This document shows positions 1 through 9,197 of a stretch of 64,000 nt of DNA, piece after piece. Under the pieces are notes generated by a model. It was not told the DNA's origin. It saw only the letters and a program-made list of their open reading frames with translations, and ran no database searches. The translations under genes were made by a program, and so were the position numbers. The stretch is from Thermoanaerobaculum sp. (lineage in GTDB: Bacteria > Acidobacteriota > Thermoanaerobaculia > Multivoradales > UBA5704), in assembly GCA_021154885.1 (NCBI GenBank), contig JAJKHS010000041.1:66441-130440 (forward strand), in the 5' to 3' direction. Numbering within the stretch: the stretch's first letter is position 1; the number at the start of each line of letters is the position of its first letter.

Positions 1-2
1 AG

Positions 3-131
3 GCTCGGGGATTGGACTTTACCCTCGCCGGCATGCCCGCTCCGGCGCCGCGGGGGGAGAAGCCGCGGACTGAGAAGCCGCGGGTGCCCAAGGCGACCAA
101 GGAGCGCGGGGCGAAGCGGGCTCGGCGGTGA
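3..131 (+). CDS. 3' end of a gene entering the window, possibly ribonuclease R
   Basis: Open frame ARGLDFTL...basic tail, ending TGA at 129-131; resembles an S1-domain end plus basic tail. Weak. Confidence 0.3.
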   Translation, partial: ARGLDFTLAGMPAPAPRGEKPRTEKPRVPKATKERGAKRARR

Positions 132-167
132 CGCCGGGATAGAATCAGCGTTAGGTGGAGGTTCCGA

Positions 168-359
168 ATGCAAAGAATCAAGATCGTTTACTGGGAAGAA
201 GAGGGAGGATGGCTCGGATATCTCGAGGAGTATCCGGACTACTGGACACAGGGCGAGACGCTCGACGATCTCAAAGATCACCTCAAGGATCTCTTTGAGG
301 AGATCACAGGCGGTCACATTCCGGGTATACGGAAAGTCGGCGAGCTGGTGCTCTCGTGA
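168..359 (+). CDS. hicB: HicB-family antitoxin (short, no HTH)
   Basis: EEEGGWLGY..YPDYWTQGETLDDL pattern; SD GGAGG upstream. Confidence 0.85.
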   Translation: MQRIKIVYWEEEGGWLGYLEEYPDYWTQGETLDDLKDHLKDLFEEITGGHIPGIRKVGELVLS

Positions 360-540
360 AGCGGGTGGACCTGATCCAGACGATCGAAGGGAGGGATGTG
401 TGTTGATTCGCCACGGGGGCAGGCACGACTGGTATCGCAATCCCAATACGGGTGTGTCGCAGCCGGTTCCGCGCCATCGAGAGATCAAGGACCACCTGGC
501 CAGACATATCGTCAAGATGCTCGGCAGTGATGGCCGCTAG
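356..540 (+). pseudogene. hicA: HicA-family toxin, frameshifted
   Basis: GTGA overlap with hicB; VKRVDLIQTIEG in one frame, EGCVLIRHGGRHDWY..QPVPRHREI in the -1 frame; shift at ~386-391. Confidence 0.8.
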
Positions 541-549
541 GGGAGCCAG

Positions 550-1854
550 ATGCCCCTGACTCCCACCGTCGCCATCGTCGGCCGCCCCAATGTCGGCAAG
601 TCGACGCTGTTCAATCGCCTGCTGGGTCGCCGGCAGGCCATCGTCCACGACTTGCCGGGGATCACCCGCGACCGCATCACGGGGATCGCCCACCTCTTGG
701 ACGACAGCCCCATCCAGATCGTGGACACGGGCGGACTGGTGCCGGGGGACGATCCCCTGGGGCTCAACGAGCAGGTGTTCCTGGCGGTGCAGGAGAGCGA
801 TCTCCTGCTTTTCGTAGTGGACGGCAAGCAGGGGCTGGTCTCCGCCGACGAGGAGGTGTGGTCCCATTTCCGGCGCTTCGGCAAGCCCGCGCTGCTGGTG
901 GTCAACAAGGGGGATACCCGTGAGGCGCGAAACCGGTTTCCGGAGTTCTATGCCCTGGGGATCGACCAGCAGATCCTCGTCTCGGCCGAGCACGGCGGCG
1001 GCATCGAGGAGCTGCGCGAGGCCCTGGCGCTCACCCTCCCCGAGATCCCGGACGTGCCGACGCCGGACGCGCCGCCGATCGCCATCGTGGGCCGGCCGAA
1101 CGTGGGCAAGTCGTCGCTCCTCAACAAGATCTCGGGCCTGAACCGGGCCCTGGTCTCGCCCGTGGCGGGCACGACCCGCGACCCTGTGGACACCCTCATC
1201 AATCGTGGTGACAGGTCCTACCTGCTGATCGACACCGCCGGCATCCGCCGCCGCAGCCAGGTCACCGGCGCTCCCGAGGAACTGGCGGTGATGATGGCCC
1301 GGCGGCAGATCGAGCGTGCCCAGGTCGTGGTGCTGGTCGTCGACGCCTCCCAGAGCGTGACCAGCGGCGACCTCGCCATCGCCGGCACCATCTGGGAGCT
1401 GGGGCGGGCCGCGGTGGTGGCCATCAACAAGTGGGACCTGCTGGACGACGAGGGGCGGGAGAAGCTCGAGTTTTCCTTCCAGCGGCTCGACGAGCTGCTG
1501 GCGAGCCCGGGGCGGGTCAACGTCTCGGCCCTCTCCGGCCGCGGCGTCGACAAGCTCTGGGGTCCCATCGACCGCGCCCTGGATTCCTACCACCTCAAGC
1601 TCTCGACGGGCCAGCTCAACCGCCTGTTCGAGAGGTTCATCAAGAAGGTGGCGCCCCCCTCCCTGACCGGAGCGCCCTGGAAGCTCTACTACGTCACCCA
1701 GGTCTCCTCGGCGCCGCCGACCTTCATGCTGTTCGCCAACCGGACGCTGCCGCGGAACAGCCACTACCGGCGTTATCTGGAGAACCGGCTGCGGGAGGAG
1801 CTGGGCCTGCCGGGCGTGCCGCTGCGGCTGGTGGTGCGAAGGCGGACGGAATAG
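550..1854 (+). CDS. der: Ribosome biogenesis GTPase Der/EngA
   Basis: Two GRPNVGKS G-domains plus C-terminal KH-like domain. Confidence 0.97.
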   Translation: MPLTPTVAIVGRPNVGKSTLFNRLLGRRQAIVHDLPGITRDRITGIAHLLDDSPIQIVDTGGLVPGDDPLGLNEQVFLAVQESDLLLFVVDGKQGLVSADEEVWSHFRRFGKPALLVVNKGDTREARNRFPEFYALGIDQQILVSAEHGGGIEELREALALTLPEIPDVPTPDAPPIAIVGRPNVGKSSLLNKISGLNRALVSPVAGTTRDPVDTLINRGDRSYLLIDTAGIRRRSQVTGAPEELAVMMARRQIERAQVVVLVVDASQSVTSGDLAIAGTIWELGRAAVVAINKWDLLDDEGREKLEFSFQRLDELLASPGRVNVSALSGRGVDKLWGPIDRALDSYHLKLSTGQLNRLFERFIKKVAPPSLTGAPWKLYYVTQVSSAPPTFMLFANRTLPRNSHYRRYLENRLREELGLPGVPLRLVVRRRTE

Positions 1855-1948
1855 CGAGACCCCCACGCCCTGTTTTCGCTTGTCGCTCCTCTTTCTTCTG
1901 GGAAGGAGGAGCGGGATGGTGGGAGCTTTCTGGTAGGATACGCGACAC

Positions 1949-2692
1949 ATGCTTCAGCGGACCGTCATCGTCGTCGCCCTGTCGGGCTCGATCCTTTTCG
2001 CCTGCGGCTGCCAGGGCAAGCCCGCCGAAGACGAGGCCTCCATTCAGAAGAGTCTGCACGACAAGGGCACCGCCAGCTTGATGGACGAAGTGGCCAAGGC
2101 GCCCGAATACCATTCGCCCGCCGACGGCCAGCTTACGGACGCGCAGGTGAAGATGTACTTCGACGTTCGCCAGCGCGAGCAGAAGATCCGCGCGGCAGCC
2201 TTCCGGAGCTTCCAGGAGAGCGGAGCCTTCGTCGACGCCCTGACGACCGTGGGCGACCACCCCGATTTCGCCGATGTCGCCGACATCGCCACTGCCGATC
2301 TGCGGGCGGCCCTGGAGCTGGGCTACAACCCCAAGGAATATCAGTGGATCAGGGAGCGGGTGCTCGAGGCCCAGATGCAGGAGACGGCCCGGGCCCTGAG
2401 CCAGCAGATCGCCGCGGGGCGCCAGCAGGTCCTGGCCCTGTTCGAGGAGCGTCGGCAGGAGACGACCGATCCGGTGGAGAAAGCGGAGATCGAGCGCCAG
2501 ATCGCAGAGCTGGGCAAGAACGCCGGGAGCGCTCCTCCAGCCGCGACCGATCCGGCCCGGGAGCTCAACGCCAGGCTCCTCGCAAAGTACAAGGACGACC
2601 TCGCGCGGCTCCAGGCCGAGGACCAGCGCATCTCCCAGGAGCGCCAGAGCCGTCCTGCCGAGGGTGGCGAGTCCCAGAGCGGTGGCCGATAA
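1949..2692 (+). CDS. Putative lipoprotein, helical
   Basis: Hydrophobic N-terminus with LFAC/CGC lipobox-like motif. Confidence 0.7.
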   Translation: MLQRTVIVVALSGSILFACGCQGKPAEDEASIQKSLHDKGTASLMDEVAKAPEYHSPADGQLTDAQVKMYFDVRQREQKIRAAAFRSFQESGAFVDALTTVGDHPDFADVADIATADLRAALELGYNPKEYQWIRERVLEAQMQETARALSQQIAAGRQQVLALFEERRQETTDPVEKAEIERQIAELGKNAGSAPPAATDPARELNARLLAKYKDDLARLQAEDQRISQERQSRPAEGGESQSGGR

Positions 2693-3872
2693 AGACGAGC
2701 GCACGCCGCAGGTCCCATCCGGCGAGCGCTGGGCTCGCCGGCTGGTCTGCTCGCGCACGGGTGTGACGGCGCCGCTCGACGAGCCCGCCTTCCTTTCGCC
2801 CGCCGGCGCGCCATGGCTGGTGGAGTACGATCTCGACCCCGGAAAGGGTGAGGCCTTCCGCCGCTCCCTGGCCAATCGCCCCTGGACTCTCTGGCGCTAT
2901 CGGGAGCTCCTCCCCGTCGCCGACTTCGACGGCCGGGTGGACCTCGGGGAGGGGGCAACCCCGATGATCCGGCTGCGCCGTTTCGCGCCGGAGGGGATCG
3001 AGCTCTGGCTCAAGGACGAGTCGGGCAACCCGACCGGCTCCTTCAAGGCCCGGGGGCTCTCCCTGGCCATCAACCGCGCCCGCGAGCTGGGAGCCCCGGG
3101 CGTGCAGCTCGCGAGCGCCGGCAACGCCGCCCTGGCCCTCACCGCCTACGCCGCCGCGGCCGGCCTGCCGGCCCGGGTGGCAATGCCCGAGGACACGCCG
3201 CGTACCATCTTTCAGCGCTGCCGGGACTACGGCGCAGAAGTTCTCTCCGGGCCGGGCACGCTGGTGGAGGCGGCGAAGCTCCTGGAGCCAATTGATCCGG
3301 GAGGGGAGCGCTACTGGACGCTCTCGACCCTGCGCGAGCCGTATCGGGTGGAGGGGAAGAAGACCATGGGCTTCGAGCTGGCCGAGCAGCTCGACTGGGA
3401 ACTGCCGGACTGGATCGTCTACCCCCTGGGCGGTGGCACCGGCATCGTGGGCATGCACAAGGCGTTCGACGAGCTTGAGCGGCTCGGCCTGATCGGGCCG
3501 CGGCGGCCGCGCTTCGTGGTGGTCCAAACGGCCGGCTGCGCGCCCATCGTACGCGCCTTCGAGCAGGGGAAGGAGGCGGCCGATCCGTGGGAGGATCCCC
3601 GGACGCGGGTCTGGGGCCTGCGGGTGCCGCGGGCGATCGGCGACTTCCTGGTCCTGCGCGCCTTGCGGGAGACGGGCGGCCGGGGCGTGGCCGTCGACGA
3701 GGACCGGCTGGCGAAAGTCGTCGACTGGATCGCCGCTCACGAGGGTCTGCGGGTGGGGCCCGAGGGCGCGGCGGCCCTGGCCGCCGTCGAGGAGCTGGAA
3801 GCCGCCGGCGCCTTCTCCCCGGGCGAGCGGGTGGTGGTCTTCCAGACCGGCGATCCCGCGAACTATGTCTGA
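2664..3872 (+). CDS. thrC: Threonine synthase-like PLP enzyme
   Basis: LGEGATP, NPTGSFKARG, SAGNA, EGKKTMG motifs; start uncertain. Confidence 0.85.
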   Translation: MASPRAVADKDERTPQVPSGERWARRLVCSRTGVTAPLDEPAFLSPAGAPWLVEYDLDPGKGEAFRRSLANRPWTLWRYRELLPVADFDGRVDLGEGATPMIRLRRFAPEGIELWLKDESGNPTGSFKARGLSLAINRARELGAPGVQLASAGNAALALTAYAAAAGLPARVAMPEDTPRTIFQRCRDYGAEVLSGPGTLVEAAKLLEPIDPGGERYWTLSTLREPYRVEGKKTMGFELAEQLDWELPDWIVYPLGGGTGIVGMHKAFDELERLGLIGPRRPRFVVVQTAGCAPIVRAFEQGKEAADPWEDPRTRVWGLRVPRAIGDFLVLRALRETGGRGVAVDEDRLAKVVDWIAAHEGLRVGPEGAAALAAVEELEAAGAFSPGERVVVFQTGDPANYV

Positions 3873-4956
3873 CCAGCCCTCCTTCCGGAGGGTGGAGGCG
3901 TTCCTCGGCGAGATCGTCGCCGCGGGCGTCGCCTCCTCCGTCGTCGGCCTGATCGCCACGGCGGAGGAGGTCGTCTGGGAAGGGACGGCTGGCGAGACCC
4001 GAGCTGGAGTGCCCACCGGGACGGCGACCCGCTTCGACTATGCCTCCCTCACCAAGCCCTTCGTGGCGACCCTGGCTCTGACGCTGGACGCCGGAGGCGT
4101 GCTGCCGCTCGCCGCGCGGATCGGCGACCTCTGGCCGCAGGCGCACCGGGCGCTCGCTCGCCATCCTCTCTCGGATCTCCTCCGGCATCGCTCGCGGCTA
4201 GCGGGTTGGACGCCGCTTTACCACCGCTGCCGCTCCGTGGACGAGGCGGTGGAGCTGATTGTCCGCGGCGGGCACGAGGGTGATCTCGTGGGCGCCCGGG
4301 TGGGTACCTACAGCGATCTTGGATATATCCTCTGGGGCCGAACCGTGGAGATCTCCACGGGGACGCCGCTCGCCGCGCTGCTCCAGACCCGCGTGCTGGA
4401 GCCCCTCGGCCTCGCGACGGTCGAGCCCACACCGGGCGACAGGCCCGGAATCGCCGAGTCCCACATGGGCACGGGCCAGGAGGTGAAGCTGGCGGCGAAG
4501 CAGGGCTTCATCATCCCCGACCTGGGCCCGCCGCCGGTGGGGATGCCCCAGGACGGCAACGGCCGGTTCCTGTTGGGTCTCGGAGGCGGCGTCTGCGGCC
4601 ACGTCGGGCTGTTCGGCGGGGCACGGGACCTCTGGCGGCTCGCCGTGGAATGGCTGGCGCCGGGACGCCTGTTGAAAGCGGAGGGTGTGGCCGCCGCGCT
4701 GGCTGGCGACGGCCCGTTCGCCCTGGGCTGGTGGCGGAGGACCCTCCGCAACAGCGCCGGGCGGGCGCTCCCGCCCACCGCTTTCGGTCACACCGGTTTC
4801 GCAGGCAACAGCTTCTGGATTGACCCGGACGGGCGCCGCGTCTTCGTGATGCTCGCCTCCCGGTGCGATCCTGCAATCGACATCAATCGCTGGCGCAGGC
4901 GTTTTCATACCCTGGCGACGGCTAGAGGGAGGGAATCCGCTGATGGATATCCGTGA
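3865..4956 (+). CDS. Serine hydrolase, beta-lactamase family
   Basis: ASLTK (SxxK), YSD, GHTGFAG. Confidence 0.88.
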   Translation: MSDQPSFRRVEAFLGEIVAAGVASSVVGLIATAEEVVWEGTAGETRAGVPTGTATRFDYASLTKPFVATLALTLDAGGVLPLAARIGDLWPQAHRALARHPLSDLLRHRSRLAGWTPLYHRCRSVDEAVELIVRGGHEGDLVGARVGTYSDLGYILWGRTVEISTGTPLAALLQTRVLEPLGLATVEPTPGDRPGIAESHMGTGQEVKLAAKQGFIIPDLGPPPVGMPQDGNGRFLLGLGGGVCGHVGLFGGARDLWRLAVEWLAPGRLLKAEGVAAALAGDGPFALGWWRRTLRNSAGRALPPTAFGHTGFAGNSFWIDPDGRRVFVMLASRCDPAIDINRWRRRFHTLATARGRESADGYP

Positions 4957-6136
4957 TCTGGTCCTGGTCGACGGGGTACGGACCCCGATGGCCGAATACA
5001 ACGGCTCGTTCGCCGAGATCTCTGCGATCGACCTCGGGGCGCACGCGGCCCGCGCCCTGTTCCAGCGGACGGGGATCGACCCGTCCGAGATCGATCACGC
5101 CGTGGTGGGCAACGCCCTCCAGACCTCGCCCGACGCGATCTACGGCGCGCGCCACGTGGCGCTCAAAGCCGGGGTGCCCAAGGAGGTCCCGGCCCTCACC
5201 GTCAACCGCCTGTGCGGCTCAGGCATCCAGTCGGTCATCTCCGGCGCGCATCTCGTCCTCAACGGCGAGGCCACGACCTGCCTGGTGGGAGGCATGGAGA
5301 ACATGTCCCAGGCGCCGCACGTCATCTGGGGAGCCCGCCGCGGCTTCAAGCTCGGCCAGGGTCAGCTCCAGGACCTCTTGATGGTGGCCCTGATGGACTC
5401 CTACTGCGGCTGCTACATGGCCCAGACGAGCAACAACCTGGCCCGGGACTTCGGCATCAGCCGCGAGGACCAGGACCGCTTCGCCATCCGCTCGCAGCAG
5501 CGGGCGGGCGAGGCCTGGGCGAGCGGCAAGTTGGCCGAGGAGGTCGTCGCCGTCGAAGTGGGGAAGGGGAAGCGGGCCAAGGTCGTGGACAAGGACGACC
5601 ACCTGCGCCCCGAGACCACGATGGCGGACCTCGCCGGCCTGCCTCCCGCGTTCGACAAGGACGGCTTCGTCACCGCCGGCAACGCCTCTGGCATCGTGGA
5701 CGGCGCGGCGATGATGATCCTCACCACGGCCGCCCATGCTGAGGAGAAAGGGTGGAAGTCCCTGGGCCGCATTCTCTCCTGGTCGGTGGTGGGCGTCGAG
5801 CCTTCGCGCATGGGCATCGGCCCGGCGCCGGCCATTCGCAAGGTACTGGAGAAGCTGGGGATCGGCCTCGGGGACGTCGACCTGTTCGAAATCAACGAGG
5901 CGTTCGCCGGCCAGATCCTGGCGGTGATCAAGGATCTGGACCTGGACGTGGACAAGCTCAACGTCAACGGCGGCGCCATCGCCTTGGGCCATCCGCTCGG
6001 AGCCACGGGCACGCGTCTGCTGATCACCCTCCTCAAGGAGCTGAACCGGCGAGGCGGCGGCCGGGGTATCGCCTCGGCCTGTATCGGCGGCGGTCAGGGG
6101 ATTGCGATGGTGGTCGAGGCCGCCGGGGCTGCATGA
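4943..6136 (+). CDS. Acetyl-CoA C-acyltransferase (thiolase)
   Basis: NRLCGSG, NEAFA, GHPLGATG, CIGGGQG. Confidence 0.96.
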   Translation: MDIRDLVLVDGVRTPMAEYNGSFAEISAIDLGAHAARALFQRTGIDPSEIDHAVVGNALQTSPDAIYGARHVALKAGVPKEVPALTVNRLCGSGIQSVISGAHLVLNGEATTCLVGGMENMSQAPHVIWGARRGFKLGQGQLQDLLMVALMDSYCGCYMAQTSNNLARDFGISREDQDRFAIRSQQRAGEAWASGKLAEEVVAVEVGKGKRAKVVDKDDHLRPETTMADLAGLPPAFDKDGFVTAGNASGIVDGAAMMILTTAAHAEEKGWKSLGRILSWSVVGVEPSRMGIGPAPAIRKVLEKLGIGLGDVDLFEINEAFAGQILAVIKDLDLDVDKLNVNGGAIALGHPLGATGTRLLITLLKELNRRGGGRGIASACIGGGQGIAMVVEAAGAA

Positions 6137-6897
6137 TCGACCTCGCGGGCTATCGGGTCCTGGTGACCGGCGGCAGCCGCGGCATCGGCGCCGCGTGCTG
6201 CCGCCTGTTCGCCAAGGCGGGCGCCACCGTCATGGTGCAGTACCTGGCGAGCGGCGCCAGGGCGAAGCAGGTGCTGGACGAGATCGAGCGGATCTCGTCC
6301 CAACTGCATCGTCCTCACCGGAAGGTGCACTGCGACGTCACCGACCACGATCAGATCGAGGAGCTGTTCGCCTTCGTGCGTCGGGAGTGGGGGGGCCTGG
6401 ACGGCCTCGTCAACAACGCCGGGGTGTGGATTCACGACCCGCTGGTGGACCTCGACAAGACGAAGCTCGAAGCCACGCTGGCCGTGAACGTCGTGGGCCC
6501 GTTTCTCTGCGCCCGCCAGGCGGTGCCGTTGCTCCGGGAATCGCACGATGGGAGCATCATCAACATCAGCTCCACGGCCGGGCAGCGGGGTGAAGCCTTC
6601 TACAGCCCCTACGCCGCGAGCAAGGGAGCGATGATCTCGGCCACCAAATCGTGGTCCACCGAGCTGGCCCCCCAGATTCGCGTCAATGCCGTGGCTCCCG
6701 GCTGGGTGGACACCGACATGACCGCCGAGGCTCTCTCCGGAGAAGGGAGGGCGAAGGCCCTCGCCGCCATCCCTCTCCAGCGCATCGCTACCGCGGAGGA
6801 CATCGCCGGGGCCGTCCTCTTCTTGGCCTCGCCCCTGGCGCGGCACATCACGGGGGAGATCCTCAACGTGAACGGCGGGAGCGTGCTGATTGGTTGA
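6133..6897 (+). CDS. SDR-family oxidoreductase (FabG-like)
   Basis: TGGSRGIG, NNAG, YAASK; ATGA overlap with thiolase. Confidence 0.93.
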   Translation: MIDLAGYRVLVTGGSRGIGAACCRLFAKAGATVMVQYLASGARAKQVLDEIERISSQLHRPHRKVHCDVTDHDQIEELFAFVRREWGGLDGLVNNAGVWIHDPLVDLDKTKLEATLAVNVVGPFLCARQAVPLLRESHDGSIINISSTAGQRGEAFYSPYAASKGAMISATKSWSTELAPQIRVNAVAPGWVDTDMTAEALSGEGRAKALAAIPLQRIATAEDIAGAVLFLASPLARHITGEILNVNGGSVLIG

Positions 6898-6901
6898 GCT
6901 A

Positions 6902-7288
6902 CTATCCCTTTCGGTACGGCACCTTGAGATTGGACAGCATTGGATAGTGACGGCCGTTGAGGGTGATGAGCTGCGCTCGTCTGCGATCCGCAGTCGCAGC
7001 AATGAGTGCATCCGCGAGACCGGTGCCGTGAGAAGCTTGGTATTTCCGGCGCAATAGACCGCCTCGGACCGCGATCTCGTCATCGATGGGGATGACCTCG
7101 AAGGCGTGGACGAACAGATCCAGGACCTGTCTTTCCTCACCTTCCCGGACTCCCGCGTACAACTCGGCCACCGTCATGCTGGAGATCAGCAGCGGTTCGT
7201 CGAGACTTTCCAGAAAGTCGACCGCAGCGGGCAAGCCCCTCAGGTAGTCGATGAGTACATCGGTATCGACCAGAATCGGCCCCGGCAT
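6902..7288 (-). CDS. vapC: VapC PIN-domain toxin
   Basis: LVDTDVLID, AEL, DALIAATA, TLNGRHY. Confidence 0.92.
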   Translation of the reverse strand: MPGPILVDTDVLIDYLRGLPAAVDFLESLDEPLLISSMTVAELYAGVREGEERQVLDLFVHAFEVIPIDDEIAVRGGLLRRKYQASHGTGLADALIAATADRRRAQLITLNGRHYPMLSNLKVPYRKG

Positions 7289-7291
7289 GGG

Positions 7292-7516
7292 CTAGCGGTT
7301 CCTCTCTAGGCGTTCGTCCAACTCACTCCTAAGCTCCCGGAAGTCTGGGAGATCAGTCCGGTTCCTCCAGATGCCACGGGCCTGACTCAGCATGGATTTT
7401 CGATCCTTCGGAATAGGAGCTTCAAGGCTGTGCAGAAGGCCATGAGCGATTTCCACCCTCTCCTCCTCGGGAAGCTCGAGGGCGTCTTTCAGGAGCTGCT
7501 GAGCATTCTTGGACAT
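7292..7516 (-). CDS. Antitoxin of the adjacent VapC (addiction-module-like N-terminus)
   Basis: LLKDALELPEEERVEIA..LL.SLE then RGIWRNRTD; 3 bp upstream of vapC. Confidence 0.75.
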   Translation of the reverse strand: MSKNAQQLLKDALELPEEERVEIAHGLLHSLEAPIPKDRKSMLSQARGIWRNRTDLPDFRELRSELDERLERNR

Positions 7517-7536
7517 GAGAGATAGTGTACTCGCGC

Positions 7537-8421
7537 TCAGCCTTTCCGCCCCTCCCTCTCCCACAGATACCCCAGGCATTTGTAGACCAGCTTCGCCGCC
7601 AGGAAATCGCTGGCCGGGTGCCCTCCGACCGGTGCCAGCTCGATGAGGTCCATGGCCACCACGGTCTTGGTGCGGAAGAGGCGGCGGAGGAGCCGAAGAG
7701 TGGGGTACCAGTGGCCGCCGCCCGGTTCGGGGGTGCCGGTGGCGGGGACGAGCGCGGGATCGAAGTAGTCGATGTCGAAGGTGAGGTAGACCTTCTCCGG
7801 CAGGGAATCCAGCATGGCGGGAAAGAGCGCCTCGGCCTGGTCGAGCTGGTGGCCCCAGAGGACCGGCATGCCGCGCTCGCGGATCAGCCGGGCCTCGGGC
7901 GCCGAGAGAGAGCGGATGCCCACCGGCAGGGTCGGAATCCCGGCGTCCACGATCCGCTTCATGACGCTGGCATGGCTGTAGGGCGTGCCCTCGAAATCCT
8001 CCCGCAGGTCCGAGTGGGCGTCGAACTGAACGACGCCGATCTCGCCGTGAACCTCTTTCGCCGCCTTGACCGGCCCCTGGCTCAGGCTGTGCTCACCCCC
8101 GAGGGTGACCAGGAACTTCCCCCGTTCCAGGTGGACCTTCGCCTCGGCCTGCAGCTCGACGAAGCCCTCCTCCATGTCGAACGCCTCGGGCAGGAAGGGC
8201 GGGAGGGTGGCGATCCCCTGGACGTGGGGCTCGCCGTCCAGCTCCTCGTCGTAGAGCTCCATGGCCTGGGAGGCGCGAAGGATGGCCGCAGGTCCCTGGG
8301 CCGTCCCCTTGCCGTACGAGGTGGTGCGCTCGAAGGGAACGGGGAGCACGGCGACACGGCTCGTTTCGTAGTCGCTCGCCGCAGCCTCGAGGAGACCGAA
8401 ATTGGTGGGCAGGTAGGGCAT
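7537..8421 (-). CDS. speB: Agmatinase
   Basis: GGEHS, DAHSD, DIDYFDP, ATGTPEPGG. Confidence 0.93.
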   Translation of the reverse strand: MPYLPTNFGLLEAAASDYETSRVAVLPVPFERTTSYGKGTAQGPAAILRASQAMELYDEELDGEPHVQGIATLPPFLPEAFDMEEGFVELQAEAKVHLERGKFLVTLGGEHSLSQGPVKAAKEVHGEIGVVQFDAHSDLREDFEGTPYSHASVMKRIVDAGIPTLPVGIRSLSAPEARLIRERGMPVLWGHQLDQAEALFPAMLDSLPEKVYLTFDIDYFDPALVPATGTPEPGGGHWYPTLRLLRRLFRTKTVVAMDLIELAPVGGHPASDFLAAKLVYKCLGYLWEREGRKG

Positions 8422-8427
8422 CGCGCC

Positions 8428-8457
8428 GTTGTAGCAGGATGCGTCGCGGAGTGTCAA
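8428..8457 (-). promoter_or_regulatory. sigma70-type promoter of speB, probably leaderless
   Basis: TTGACA-N18-TACAAC with extended TG, 6 nt before ATG. Confidence 0.6.
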
Positions 8458-8493
8458 CGAGCGTCTTCCCATCCTATATAGTGTGATCCAGCG

Positions 8494-9186
8494 ATGACCG
8501 ATTACCTGATCCGCGAGCTGCCCGCGGGCGAGCGTCCCCGGGAGCGGCTCCTCGAGCACGGCGGGCGCACCCTCTCCGACTCGGAGCTGCTGGCCGTGCT
8601 GCTACGCACCGGCCGGGTGGGCGTCTCCGCCATCCAGCTCGCCATGGACCTGCTGCTCCAGAACGGCGGCTTGGGCGGGCTGCTGACGGCGACGCCCCAC
8701 TCGCTGCGGCGCTCCGGGATCGGTCCGGCCAAGGCTGCCGCCCTGCTGGCCGCCGTGGAGATCGGCCGCCGCCTCGCCGGGGAGCAGCTCCTGGACCGCG
8801 AGCCCCTCTCCCGTCCGCGCGACGTGGCGCGCTACCTCGCCCTGCGCTACCACACCAGCGACCAGGAGGTGATGGGCGCCCTCTTCCTCGACGCCCGCAA
8901 CCACCTGCTGGGCGAGCGCGAGATCTTTCGCGGCACGGTGAGCCGCATCTCCGTCGAGCCCCGGGAGATCCTCCGCGAGTGCCTGCAACGGGGCGCCGTG
9001 GCGGTCTACCTCTTCCATACCCACCCCAGCGGCGATCCCTCGCCCAGCGCCGAGGACCTCCTCTTCACCCGCCGCATGGAGGAGGCCGCGGAGATCGTCG
9101 GCCTTCGCCTGGCGGACCACGTCGTCCTCGGCAGCCGGGGGCGCTGGGCCTCGCTCAAGGAGCAGCGGGAAAAGGGCGCGTGGTAG
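8494..9186 (+). CDS. radC: RadC (JAB domain) protein
   Basis: RPRERL, LSDSELLA, HTHPSGDPSPSAED. Confidence 0.95.
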   Translation: MTDYLIRELPAGERPRERLLEHGGRTLSDSELLAVLLRTGRVGVSAIQLAMDLLLQNGGLGGLLTATPHSLRRSGIGPAKAAALLAAVEIGRRLAGEQLLDREPLSRPRDVARYLALRYHTSDQEVMGALFLDARNHLLGEREIFRGTVSRISVEPREILRECLQRGAVAVYLFHTHPSGDPSPSAEDLLFTRRMEEAAEIVGLRLADHVVLGSRGRWASLKEQREKGAW

Positions 9187-9197
9187 CCTAACCCGCC

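Noticed and set aside
380-406. Programmed -1 frameshift in hicA
   Set aside because: No canonical X XXY YYZ slippery heptamer or clear stimulator; kept only as a frameshift observation.
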